DNA from: a virus
Taxonomy: Duplodnaviria; Caudoviricetes
Length of the DNA: 64,000 nucleotides
IMG/VR virus record: IMGVR_UViG_3300025018_000093
Reading direction: 5' to 3' (one strand)
Of the stretch, positions 47,805-57,076 are shown piece by piece. Positions within the stretch are counted from its first letter, which is position 1. Every line of letters starts with the position of its first letter. Both the position numbers and the translations under genes were made by a program. The notes under the pieces are model-generated. The model made no database searches, was not told the DNA's origin, and worked only from the letters and a program-made list of their open reading frames with translations.

Positions 47805-48917
47805 ATGTCCAATACACAAGAGCTAGCACAGAAAGTCGAGGCCGCAAGGGCGGCATACTACAACGCGACCCCCCTCATGTCGGATGCGGGGTTTGATGCT
47901 CTGGAAGAGGAGCTGCGAAAACTCGATCCCGACCACTGGCTGCTCAAGGTAGTGGGGGCTCCCCCTGGAGACGCAGGCTGGCCCAAGGTGAGACACTCCA
48001 TTCCGATGGGTAGCTTGAACAAGGCGCAAGTTTACCAGGAGATGGCGAAATGGTCGCAAGCCCTCGGCAACCAGGAGCTGTTCCTGACTGAAAAACTCGA
48101 TGGCATAAGCGTCAGTTTGCGGTACTTGGACGGTCATTTCCGTCAAGCCATCACCCGAGGGGATGGTCTCATTGGGGAGGACATCACCCGCAATGTCTCC
48201 CTGATGAAGGGCGTCGTTCCAACTCTCGGTAAGAGCCCGTTCGATCCCTTCAAAGAGTGGTCCGGTCACCTGCGTGGGGAGATTGTTTGTTTCAAGTCGG
48301 ACCACGTCAAGTACTTTCCCGGGGAGTCCAATCCTCGAAATACCGCGAGCGGAACGGCCAAGCGACAAGCAAACCCCGAGAAATGTCAACACTTGACGGT
48401 GCTGGTGTATCAGGTGCTCCCAGACTCGGGGACACTTCCGACAACCAAGCAAGAGGAGCTGGCTCTCGCACGTGCGATGGGGTTCACCACTCCGCACCAT
48501 GCGATTTGTCCAGACTTGACGAGGGTGGAGAACATCTACCAGCGATATGTGGCCACCGCTCGTGAGAAGCTCGACTACGACATTGACGGGCTGGTCCTGG
48601 AAGTCAACTCTGTTTCCAAGGCAGAAGACCTGGGTCTTCTCAATGGTAGGCCCAAGGGTGCCATCGCGTACAAGTTCCCGCACGACCAGAAAGAGACCAT
48701 CCTGGTGGATGTCATCTGGCAAGTTGGAAACTCTGGCAGGATCACCCCAGTGGCTGTTTTCGAGCCTGTGGACCTGGCTGGCGCCAAGGTAACCCGAGCG
48801 TCCCTCCACAACGTCAAACGGTTCAACGAACTTCAACTCACACGCGGCTGCCGCATCCTGGTTTCACGCCGGAACGACGTGATCCCGGCTGTGGAAGCGA
48901 ACCTGTCAATCTCATAG
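47805..48917 (+). CDS. ligA: NAD-dependent DNA ligase, N-terminal subunit (adenylation + OB fold)
   Basis: AYY...SDAGFD.L, PMGSL, EKLDG, TRGDG..GEDIT, RGE, DIDGLV, AYKF, WQVGNSGRITPVA, LHN. Confidence 0.95.
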   Translation: MSNTQELAQKVEAARAAYYNATPLMSDAGFDALEEELRKLDPDHWLLKVVGAPPGDAGWPKVRHSIPMGSLNKAQVYQEMAKWSQALGNQELFLTEKLDGISVSLRYLDGHFRQAITRGDGLIGEDITRNVSLMKGVVPTLGKSPFDPFKEWSGHLRGEIVCFKSDHVKYFPGESNPRNTASGTAKRQANPEKCQHLTVLVYQVLPDSGTLPTTKQEELALARAMGFTTPHHAICPDLTRVENIYQRYVATAREKLDYDIDGLVLEVNSVSKAEDLGLLNGRPKGAIAYKFPHDQKETILVDVIWQVGNSGRITPVAVFEPVDLAGAKVTRASLHNVKRFNELQLTRGCRILVSRRNDVIPAVEANLSIS

Positions 48918-48926
48918 GGGATTTTC

Positions 48927-49760
48927 ATGTCAACTAACATCCTGACCATGTTTGGGCCACCGAAGCCCAAAGACCCCCCGCTGCAAGTCCCCACGCATTG
49001 CCCTGAGTGTAGCTTTCCCACTCGGATGGATGGGGAGTACCTGATTTGCGTTAACACGCAGAGATGCCCCGCTCAGATTGCAGGGTCCATCAAGACCTGG
49101 ATTCAGAAGCTCAACGTTTTGGACTGGGGCGACAGTCTCATTGAAGCGCTTTGCAGTGCGGGCTTGATCGCCACCATTGAGGACTTGTACCGGCTCAGGG
49201 AAGAGGATATTGCATCCCTACTGTTGTCTGGTCGCCGGGTGGGGGACAGCACAGCCAAGAGAGTTTTGGAGAATCTCCACGCGAAGAAAGAGCTGCCGCT
49301 GGCATCCCTGGTGGGAGCCCTGGGCATCTCGATGGTTGCTCGGTCGATGACCAAGACCATCACCTTGGCTGGATTTGACACCCTAGACAAGATGTCCTCC
49401 GCGACGGTGGACGACATTGCAGCCATTCCGGGTGTGGGACAGGCAAAAGCTGCGAGCTTCGTGCAGGGTATCCAGGAAAGGATGAACTTGATACGTGCTC
49501 TGCTGGCAGCCGGGGTTCGAGTCAAGGCCCTCAGTGACGGACCTCTGAATGGGAAGCGTGTCTGCATGACAGGATTTCGGGATGCCGAAATGGCTGACGC
49601 TATCGAGGAAGCAGGCGGTATCGTGAAAAGTGGTGTGTCGAAGGATTTGGACTTCCTTGTGGCCGCAGACCCAACAACCAGCACAAGTGGGAAAGCTCAG
49701 AAGGCTCGCCAATATGGCATTACGATCATCAGCCAAGAGCAGCTGTGGGATATGCTTTGA
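48927..49760 (+). CDS. NAD-dependent DNA ligase, C-terminal subunit (Zn finger, HhH, BRCT)
   Basis: PTHCPEC..C.N...C, HhH repeats (IPGVGQAKA), BRCT GKRVCMTG..GVSKDLDFLV..SGKAQKARQYGI. Confidence 0.92.
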   Translation: MSTNILTMFGPPKPKDPPLQVPTHCPECSFPTRMDGEYLICVNTQRCPAQIAGSIKTWIQKLNVLDWGDSLIEALCSAGLIATIEDLYRLREEDIASLLLSGRRVGDSTAKRVLENLHAKKELPLASLVGALGISMVARSMTKTITLAGFDTLDKMSSATVDDIAAIPGVGQAKAASFVQGIQERMNLIRALLAAGVRVKALSDGPLNGKRVCMTGFRDAEMADAIEEAGGIVKSGVSKDLDFLVAADPTTSTSGKAQKARQYGITIISQEQLWDML

Positions 49761-49948
49761 GCGACTGCACTCGGTGTAAAGAACTCGAAAACTGCATTCG
49801 GGAAATACTGGCCTGGAAAGACTCCCCTGGCGTGACATCCGCTTTTTTCAATGCGTGGATGCACGGCCAGGTAGCCACAAAGGAAGAGGCAAGTAGCGCG
49901 GAGAGAATGTGGGAACGTGCCAAGAAGTTGGCTGGGGACCCCGAGTAG
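49745..49948 (+). CDS. Small hypothetical protein
   Basis: About 65 aa, overlaps ligase end. Confidence 0.4.
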   Translation: MGYALSDCTRCKELENCIREILAWKDSPGVTSAFFNAWMHGQVATKEEASSAERMWERAKKLAGDPE

Positions 49949-49982
49949 ACGTGCGAGAAAGCACAAACCTAGAGGAGATGCG

Positions 49983-50372
49983 ATGAACGATAACACAAAT
50001 GAACTACAAGTGGACTTGCAGACACCCGAGACGATGCTGGACTTGATACAGCGTCGCTCCGCAGCTATTGCGTCTTTTCGCAAACAAGGGAAGAAGGGCA
50101 TCATGGGTTGGCTGCAAAACAGCCCCTGTGGGGGGATCGTAAGTGAGGGGATCATGGAGTGCTTTCGAGCTTCTATCGAGAGCGCAGACGGAACCTGGAA
50201 GGTTCACTACAACCGCCCGCACACCAATGCACCTGTGGCTCCTCCACCCAAGGGTTCCATGGATTTCATCCCCGTGTCCGCTGCTTGCTTGACAGGTGTG
50301 CTGATTCTCCATGTCGATGGACAGGTGTACCCTGGACCCAATTTCCCAAGACTGCCCGAAGCCAGAAGATAA
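49983..50372 (+). CDS. Hypothetical protein
   Basis: SD GAGGAG before ATG 49983. Confidence 0.6.
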   Translation: MNDNTNELQVDLQTPETMLDLIQRRSAAIASFRKQGKKGIMGWLQNSPCGGIVSEGIMECFRASIESADGTWKVHYNRPHTNAPVAPPPKGSMDFIPVSAACLTGVLILHVDGQVYPGPNFPRLPEARR

Positions 50373-50431
50373 CCTTCCTGGCCCTCTCCGCACCAGGCTC
50401 CCCTCACTACACTTCAGAGGTCTCGCGCACG

Positions 50432-53400
50432 ATGATGGATAGCAAGCAGCTGACGATAAATCCCTATCGGTTCTATGACCTGGTACAAGTCCAGCAGAGA
50501 ATGACCCCTGGGATGTCTGAGTTCCTGGATGACTTCGGTGGCAAACTGGCGGAGAAGCGGGTACAACTCGAAGCCGACTACGACGATATCAACGAGTTGT
50601 ATGATCGTTTCGTTCAGGAATCCGAGAAGGGTGTGCGGGAGCGCCTTCAAAGCGATTGGGCCACCTCGGAGGAGCACGGCAAAGCTCAGGACCCTTACCG
50701 AAACACCCTGGCGGGCGAGAGCTTCCTTCATGTCATCCTTACGCTGTCCAAGTTATCTCGGGACATGCATCTGGAACTGCAAACCCTTGTGGAGCTTCTT
50801 CGCCCAACACCCCTTATTCTGCAAGAGGGGGCATCCTTGCGGGACCCTTGGTCCTTCAAGGCGAGTGACTTGCAGCAGCTATCCTATGAGATACAGATCA
50901 ATTCGGAGTCCGTCACGCAATTCACTTCAGGTGTCTTGGGAGTGCGCGATGGACGCAAGAGCATCCTCAAGTATTTGGACCAGACGATTCGAGTTCTGGA
51001 CAATTTCTACACCGCACTGGTGCGGAGACATATGACAGAAGGGGTGCCAATTCTCGTGGACCCCCTCCTGACCGACGTTGCCCTCTGCATCTACGAAAAT
51101 GTGGACAGTCATGGGGAAATCGAGAACGGGTCCGATCCCAACAAGGTGTCCGCGTACTCGGTCCGAAAAGCTAAGCTCCTGATTGAGGCGACCAGTGTGG
51201 GGAGAATTGGTACGTTCCTCCGAGAGCCGGCTTCTTTTCTCGACTATGTGCGCAACACCTTTCGGTCGTTGTGGGCAGACATGGGGGTCCTGGAGGAGCA
51301 CTTCGACAAAACCATCGAGGATGTACATCGCATCGTGAATCCCTATGCGATCTATGCCCCGCTTCTCGATTCCAATCTGGCGTCTGGCTTGCGTGTCCTG
51401 GACACTATGGACCCTCGCAGTGTCACCTATCGAGATCCTGGAAAGTTGTTGTCCCCCGAGGAGAGAAAGGCGCACAACTTTTGGGTGGACACTCTCCAGG
51501 GTATCGTAGAGAAACTCTCCAATGAGACACCCTCCTCGGAACTGGTGCAGTACATCCTTCAACGCAAGTTCGAATTGCGAGGGTGGCAGCAGGACGAGAA
51601 CAGTTTCTACGTGTGCCGCATCGGTTCCGGCAATCAATTTCGGGGAGTGGCCCCAGGGGCGCTGGAGGTGGTCCCCGGAGCCCGTCCCACGGTCAAGCTC
51701 GACGAGATCATTGGGGCCGGATTCGACGACGTGCGCGCCTTCGTGGAGCAAGTGGAGTCTGCCGCCAAGTGGCATGACCTCTTTGTAGCCACCTCCCCGA
51801 GTCGCACCGCCGACAAGTCGAATGTGCTACTCATAGGTCCTCAAGGATGCGGGAAATGTGTCACCGGAGATACTCGGGTCTTTACTTCCCGTGGGCTTTG
51901 TCGCATTAAGGACTTACATCCTGGGGAGATCGACTCCGATGGGTATGCTCCCCTGGAAATGGCAGTTCGTTCTTTTACCCACAGAGGGGTCTCCTCACAT
52001 TTCTACGACTCCGGTGTCCAGCCCACTTTCAAGGTAGAGACGAAGCATGGCTACCAAGTTGAGGGGACGGACAAGCATCAAGTCATTGTGGCCACGGCAG
52101 GGGGTCCTGCCTGGAAACGCTTGGATGCTATCTGCGAAGAGGACCTGGTGGGGATCATTCGCTACCCGGACATAGGGGTAGCGGATCCTCAGGAAGAGTG
52201 GTTCCCTATGGGGCCGGATGATGTGGACGAGGAGGACGCATATCTTCTAGGGTACTGGATCGGAGACGGTTCCTATTCTCAAAAAACCACCCCTCGGTTC
52301 TCTGTTGGGGCGCAGGACATGGACTACTTCAAAGAGTTTGTACTACCTGCGCTGGAAAAGAGGTGGGGTGTCCCACATGTCTATCAGGACAAGCGTGGGC
52401 TCTACGACGTCCAGGTCTTCCACATGCACTCCGGTGCAACAGCTCTAGTAGCAGAATGCGGATCTGGGGCTTCCCACAAAAGAGTCCCGGAAACGATCCT
52501 GCGTTCCAGTAAGAGAGCCTGGCGGGGGTTCTTGTCGGGACTGTTCGATGCGGATGGATCGGCATATCAAAGTCGTGTGGAATGGGCGTCCAACAGTGAG
52601 GACCTCATCCGCACTGTGCAAACGATGCTGACAGCTTTCGGGATTGTGTCCGCCATCACTTCCCGGACCCAGCCCGGTCCGGGGGCGAAAGAGTATGTTT
52701 CCTGGCGAATGTTTCTCTATGGGGAGAATGCTCGGAGATTCTTCCACCAAGTGGGATTCCGGCTGAAGCGGAAGATGGCCAAGCTAGCGCCACTTTTGTC
52801 TCAGAAACGCAACGATAACTGGGATTGCATCCCTGTCAGTCGAGAGCTTTGGAAAGCTCTCAAGAGACAAGCTGGTAAACTCCCCCGAGCAATACACAAA
52901 GCGCTGGACCCTTACATGAGAGGGCACTACCCATCACGGCACACCTTGAGTGCACTACTGGCGTTGGTGGGGGTCACCGAGGGGGTGGCTTTTGAGGCAA
53001 TCCAGCAGCTGGCAGACCCCAAGTGGTTCTGGGATAGAGTCCAGGCGGCAGGAGCTACGGGGGCGTCCAAGCAAGTCTATGACTTGGTTGTCCCTGAGGA
53101 GCAGAGCTTTGCAGCCAATGGTTTCATGAACCATAATACGGAGATTCTTCGCGGGGTTGGAGCAGACAAGAGGTCGATCAGCATCTTCGCGCAGGGGTCC
53201 GACTTCAACACTTGCTGGCTCGGGGAGGCAAGCAAGAATCCCAAGCGCCTGTTTCAGGCCGGCTTGCAGCTCCAGAAGAAGGCCAACAAGCATGTGCACT
53301 TTCTCATCGATGAGATTGACGCCATCTTGAACAATGACCGTCAGAACGCAGGGTACATCAACCTCACCCTGGAGTTCCAAATCCTGATGGACGGTGTGGT

Positions 53401-53950
53401 GCAGTACCCTCATCTCTCGGTGTGGGGAACGACCAACAGCCCCAACCGAATCCCGATGCCGATGATTCGTCGATTCTCGAAGGTGGCCATCGTAGGTGAG
53501 CTGGACCAAAGTGACCGTATCCGACTACTCAAGCACTTCACCAGCTTCCTCCCTTGCGCGGAAATCACAGATGAGTCCTGGAAACTTCTCGCAGACAAGC
53601 TGGAGGGAGCCACTGGGGATGTGATCCGAAAGGTCGTGGATACGGTGTGGCGGGAGACGATGACCCGATTCGTGATGCAGGACCCCGGGAATGCGGAAAC
53701 TCTGGTGCGGTGGCTCAACCGCAATGCGAAGTTTGACATTGGAAGTTTCGAGGGAAAAGAGCGGCGAGGGTTCCAAGAGATCCTGCGAAAGCATTTCGGA
53801 ATCACCGCAGAACAGTTGGACGTCTCCGTCGAGAAAGCCCTCGACAACGTGGCGATCCTACACGAGATTGAGACGGCGAAGATGGTTTACCGGGATGCTC
53901 AGCTCTTCATGGCTTCCGTGACGGAAGACCGTGGTGGGTGCCCCGTATGA
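50432..53950 (+). CDS. AAA+ ATPase with large N-terminal domain and one intein
   Basis: LLIGPQGCGK|T, FLIDEIDA (Walker B), TTNSP, MIRRF (Arg finger). Confidence 0.9.
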   Translation: MMDSKQLTINPYRFYDLVQVQQRMTPGMSEFLDDFGGKLAEKRVQLEADYDDINELYDRFVQESEKGVRERLQSDWATSEEHGKAQDPYRNTLAGESFLHVILTLSKLSRDMHLELQTLVELLRPTPLILQEGASLRDPWSFKASDLQQLSYEIQINSESVTQFTSGVLGVRDGRKSILKYLDQTIRVLDNFYTALVRRHMTEGVPILVDPLLTDVALCIYENVDSHGEIENGSDPNKVSAYSVRKAKLLIEATSVGRIGTFLREPASFLDYVRNTFRSLWADMGVLEEHFDKTIEDVHRIVNPYAIYAPLLDSNLASGLRVLDTMDPRSVTYRDPGKLLSPEERKAHNFWVDTLQGIVEKLSNETPSSELVQYILQRKFELRGWQQDENSFYVCRIGSGNQFRGVAPGALEVVPGARPTVKLDEIIGAGFDDVRAFVEQVESAAKWHDLFVATSPSRTADKSNVLLIGPQGCGKCVTGDTRVFTSRGLCRIKDLHPGEIDSDGYAPLEMAVRSFTHRGVSSHFYDSGVQPTFKVETKHGYQVEGTDKHQVIVATAGGPAWKRLDAICEEDLVGIIRYPDIGVADPQEEWFPMGPDDVDEEDAYLLGYWIGDGSYSQKTTPRFSVGAQDMDYFKEFVLPALEKRWGVPHVYQDKRGLYDVQVFHMHSGATALVAECGSGASHKRVPETILRSSKRAWRGFLSGLFDADGSAYQSRVEWASNSEDLIRTVQTMLTAFGIVSAITSRTQPGPGAKEYVSWRMFLYGENARRFFHQVGFRLKRKMAKLAPLLSQKRNDNWDCIPVSRELWKALKRQAGKLPRAIHKALDPYMRGHYPSRHTLSALLALVGVTEGVAFEAIQQLADPKWFWDRVQAAGATGASKQVYDLVVPEEQSFAANGFMNHNTEILRGVGADKRSISIFAQGSDFNTCWLGEASKNPKRLFQAGLQLQKKANKHVHFLIDEIDAILNNDRQNAGYINLTLEFQILMDGVVQYPHLSVWGTTNSPNRIPMPMIRRFSKVAIVGELDQSDRIRLLKHFTSFLPCAEITDESWKLLADKLEGATGDVIRKVVDTVWRETMTRFVMQDPGNAETLVRWLNRNAKFDIGSFEGKERRGFQEILRKHFGITAEQLDVSVEKALDNVAILHEIETAKMVYRDAQLFMASVTEDRGGCPV
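51857..53137 (+). mobile_element. Intein (427 aa, LAGLIDADG) in AAA+ Walker A
   Basis: CVTGDTRV start, LGYWIGDG and GLFDADG, ends VYDLVVPEEQSFAANGFMNHN followed by Thr+1. Confidence 0.95.
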
Positions 53951-54371
53951 GTCGAGAAGGAGATCCCTCCTGACTATCGTAAGGTTCCAGAGGATTCCTG
54001 AGGTAGTTTCAATCCCAGGGAAAGGGCGCGGGGTCATAGCAAAGTGCTCATTTGAACCTAGGGACGTGATCGAAAAATGCCCGTTGGTTTTCCTGCGGGA
54101 AGAAGAAGAAGCGGCATTTGTGAAGCAGCACGGGGTGCTCTGGTACTACGCGATAGACCTCACGGCCGTAGGTCGCACCGCGCTGCACCTTGGGCTGGGT
54201 ATGCTCTACAACCACAGCAGCACACCCAACAGTGAAATCGTGTACCAGGCCGGGGATGACTTTCTTTTGTTTGTGGCAACTAGCAGGATCCTACCCGGAG
54301 AGGAGATCGTCTACGACTACGAGTTCGAGGGTGAGCCCGAGTACTTGCCGCAAGGGGGTGAAATAGCATGA
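53931..54371 (+). CDS. SET-domain protein (putative lysine methyltransferase); start uncertain
   Basis: GKGRGVIA...G.GMLYNHSSTPN...FVATSRILPGEEIVYDY. Confidence 0.85.
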   Translation: MVGAPYESRRRSLLTIVRFQRIPEVVSIPGKGRGVIAKCSFEPRDVIEKCPLVFLREEEEAAFVKQHGVLWYYAIDLTAVGRTALHLGLGMLYNHSSTPNSEIVYQAGDDFLLFVATSRILPGEEIVYDYEFEGEPEYLPQGGEIA

Positions 54372-54805
54372 ACGAGGCAGAGCTACAGGAGCTTCTCCAG
54401 CAGGTGTCCAACACAACCCCAGAGATACGACAAGAGAAGCTTTCAGGAAAGCTTCTGTCGGATGCCTTCAATGTGGTCGAGCGCAAGGGACCTGTGTTGT
54501 ACCTGGTGCTGCCGCTTTCGACTCGACCCGTACTAAGGAGTTGGACGACCCTGATCGTCGATCAATATCTGTGGGGCGCGCGCATCCTGTTTACGGAGGC
54601 AATACCGGAAAACGTGGGGTACGTTTTCTCCGCTGAGGACTTCTCTGTGTGTTTCGCGTGGGGTACAACTCCCGATCCTCTCCCAATCCAGGAATCTGAG
54701 GAGCCACTCACAAGCCAGGAAGCGGAGTCGTTGCCGTTGGAATCTGTTGCCCGGTGCCCTCATTGTGGAGGGGAAGTCCTCGTCACCCTACGCAGCAAGG
54801 GGTGA
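54368..54805 (+). CDS. Hypothetical protein with C-terminal CPHC ribbon
   Basis: 145 aa, ATGA overlap. Confidence 0.6.
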   Translation: MNEAELQELLQQVSNTTPEIRQEKLSGKLLSDAFNVVERKGPVLYLVLPLSTRPVLRSWTTLIVDQYLWGARILFTEAIPENVGYVFSAEDFSVCFAWGTTPDPLPIQESEEPLTSQEAESLPLESVARCPHCGGEVLVTLRSKG

Positions 54806-55007
54806 CGTGAGCCTTAACTTGATTTTTGTGTTCCCGGTTGATCGGTTTTGGTGGGAGGACTTTCCCTTCCAGACTCCCACGGACCTGACGCGGAAAGTTA
54901 TCGCCGCAGAAGGCAACCTCGGTGGGGTTCTGAGGAGAAGCGGAGATTGGTGGCGCTGGTGCGAACCAAGCTTGATGCAGGGTGGCGCTTTCAGGCAGTG
55001 TAGCTAA

Positions 55008-55100
55008 GGAGTCTGCATGCGAGAAGCAGTACAACGGTATCGTCAGCACTTGATGGAGTCTGCATGCGAGAAGCAGTACAACGGTATCGTCAGAACTTAG
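55008..55100. repeat. Tandem duplication, 47-bp period (39 bp identical)
   Basis: GGAGTCTGCATGCGAGAAGCAGTACAACGGTATCGTCAG at 55008 and 55055. Confidence 0.88.
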
Positions 55101-55280
55101 TTGCTATTGGGATTGGCAAGCGGGTACACGATCTCCGTACAGATTCAAGGGGCTGGGCTTAGCGGTGACTGTTCGAGCGGAGGTCCTCTGCAGATAACGC
55201 TGCACGACGTGAGCCGCCGCACGTTCCCGCCAATTCTTTGACATTGCTTCCTCCAGAAGGGACCCGCGCCATGCGAGTCA

Positions 55281-55823
55281 CTAGAGCCACCCAATTTTTG
55301 CTAGTACAGGTTTGACGCCAAAGTGCAGACGATAGCTCTTTGTCTCTTTGCGCCGCACCCAGGCCCAGTCTACGTTCTCCCAGTTCAACCTTGGTCTCCA
55401 TTTTTCCGGGACGCTTTCATCGACCTGCGCGATGAGGGTTGTGTACTGGAATCCTCCATCCTTGAAGACGAACTTCCCCACGATGCGATACGGTGGGACA
55501 CTCCCAAGTTCTTCCAGGGCCTCTCGGTGAGCAGCAACCTTGGGGTCTTCCCCCTTTTCGACGGCGCCTCCCACTACTCCCCAGGTGTTGGGCTCGTTTA
55601 CATGTGGCGACCTGTGCATCAGCAGCACACGAGTGGGTGTGCGGAGGAGGAGCCCAGCCCCTTCCTGCCCCCAGTACACCCTCTCGTCGTCATCTTCGAA
55701 GTCATCTTCGTCGAGGTCACCCTCGTCGAAGTCCTCCTGAAGGTCTTCGGTTCCCAAGGGGAGCTTGTGCTGCATGGCGTATCTTCGCAAGATGCGAAGG
55801 GTCATTTGATGATTCATGGCCAT
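55281..55823 (-). CDS. NUDIX hydrolase
   Basis: Nudix box GGAVEKGEDPKVAAHREALEELG. Confidence 0.92.
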   Translation of the reverse strand: MAMNHQMTLRILRRYAMQHKLPLGTEDLQEDFDEGDLDEDDFEDDDERVYWGQEGAGLLLRTPTRVLLMHRSPHVNEPNTWGVVGGAVEKGEDPKVAAHREALEELGSVPPYRIVGKFVFKDGGFQYTTLIAQVDESVPEKWRPRLNWENVDWAWVRRKETKSYRLHFGVKPVLAKIGWL

Positions 55824-55839
55824 TTGGCAGCACTCTCGG

Positions 55840-56676
55840 CTAGGAGCCTAGGATCAGGGGGAGTAGCCGCTTTCGAAGTTCCGGTCGTTGGTATGCCAGA
55901 CGAACCACGCGACCTTGGAGGGTGGAAGCTTTACGATAGGGAGGGTTCCAGTCGACGTCACCTTTCTGGAGTTTCTTGGCTGCGATGGGCACTTCCTCGG
56001 GATCAATTACCGGCATGTCTGCACGGTCAGGTGCCCAGGAGGGCACCTTCTTGGGAATCAGTCCCGCATTGTCAGCGATGCTGTTCACACCCTCGGCGAC
56101 GCTGCCGAAGGTGGCCTCCAGAACTTTCTGCACATCCTCGGAGGACCATGGGAAGGCTCCTCCAATTCCGTTCGCCACGAAATCTTGGAGCATGTCTCTC
56201 ACGTTGCTCGACGTGTACGTCGCAAGGCTCCCCTTTCCAGGGTTGCCATGGTTTTTCTTAAATGTGCCCTTGGTCAGGATGTTCAGGACGCGGACCAGAT
56301 CCTTCCCTGGTAGCGCAGCCTTGTACCCGGCGACTTTGGCGGAACTCCCGCCCGCGAGGATCGCAGCGGACCAGCGGTGGTGTCCGTCCATGATGTAGTT
56401 GTCCATTGACACGATGGCCCCAAGGTCACCGCCGATCTTTCCCGTGCGGAGCATGAACAGGGCCATCCCCAGCGACTTTCCTAGCACCATGGTCGTCTGG
56501 GACGGTTTCAAGGAAGCCGCTGCAGCGGTGAAGCTCTTGACAGCTACCTTGTCTTTCGTATCCCCACTTTCCACCATGACTTTGGCGATGTCTGGGGAAA
56601 CTTGGCCCAGCCTATCCGCTTCTTGAAACTGCTTCTCGTGCAAGGACCCGTCTGCTCGTTTACACGTCTTCTTCAT
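55840..56676 (-). CDS. ParB/sulfiredoxin-like domain protein
   Basis: LKPSQ...IVSMDNYIMDGHHRWSA; C-terminal RVVRLAYQRPELRKRLLPLIL. Confidence 0.65.
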   Translation of the reverse strand: MKKTCKRADGSLHEKQFQEADRLGQVSPDIAKVMVESGDTKDKVAVKSFTAAAASLKPSQTTMVLGKSLGMALFMLRTGKIGGDLGAIVSMDNYIMDGHHRWSAAILAGGSSAKVAGYKAALPGKDLVRVLNILTKGTFKKNHGNPGKGSLATYTSSNVRDMLQDFVANGIGGAFPWSSEDVQKVLEATFGSVAEGVNSIADNAGLIPKKVPSWAPDRADMPVIDPEEVPIAAKKLQKGDVDWNPPYRKASTLQGRVVRLAYQRPELRKRLLPLILGS

Positions 56677-56763
56677 TTCTCACCTGCTACCTGCGGAGGA
56701 GGACACGACGATCCTCGGTTTCCCGATCATACGGATGTATAGGAAGTCCACTGAGGCAAACGT

Positions 56764-57072
56764 TTACACTTTTCGATGCAGAGCGTGGAGCGCCTTGCGG
56801 CCTGCATCTGTAAGGTCCCACCCTGGCCCCTTTTCCCCTGTCACAAGCACTTGCTCGTTGCTTCCCCGTAGAACGATGAGCCCCCGGAGTCGGAGAATTG
56901 GCAGGAGGATCTTCGCTCGGCAAGGTCCCGAGGGGACATATGCTTTTCCAGGGGTAGCCTCTGCGATGGCTTTCAACTCTTGGATCATGCAGGACGTCAG
57001 CTTCAGGATCATGGGCATGTTGTCGCTCCTGTCTGGCCACACCCACAACAGAGGGGATAGGATAGTTACCAC
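56764..57072 (-). CDS. Small hypothetical protein (possible winged helix)
   Basis: LRLRGLI....GWDLTDAGRKAL pattern; start uncertain. Confidence 0.45.
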   Translation of the reverse strand: MVTILSPLLWVWPDRSDNMPMILKLTSCMIQELKAIAEATPGKAYVPSGPCRAKILLPILRLRGLIVLRGSNEQVLVTGEKGPGWDLTDAGRKALHALHRKV

Positions 57073-57076
57073 TGAG

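Noticed and set aside
48915-48917. Genome-wide TAG recoding suggested by the in-frame amber in the ligase
   Set aside because: Long conserved genes contain no internal TAG, many genes end cleanly at TAG, and no suppressor tRNA is seen.
54747-55007. ORF after the CPHC protein, possibly frameshifted at a G run
   Set aside because: No motif or homology cue supports either frame.
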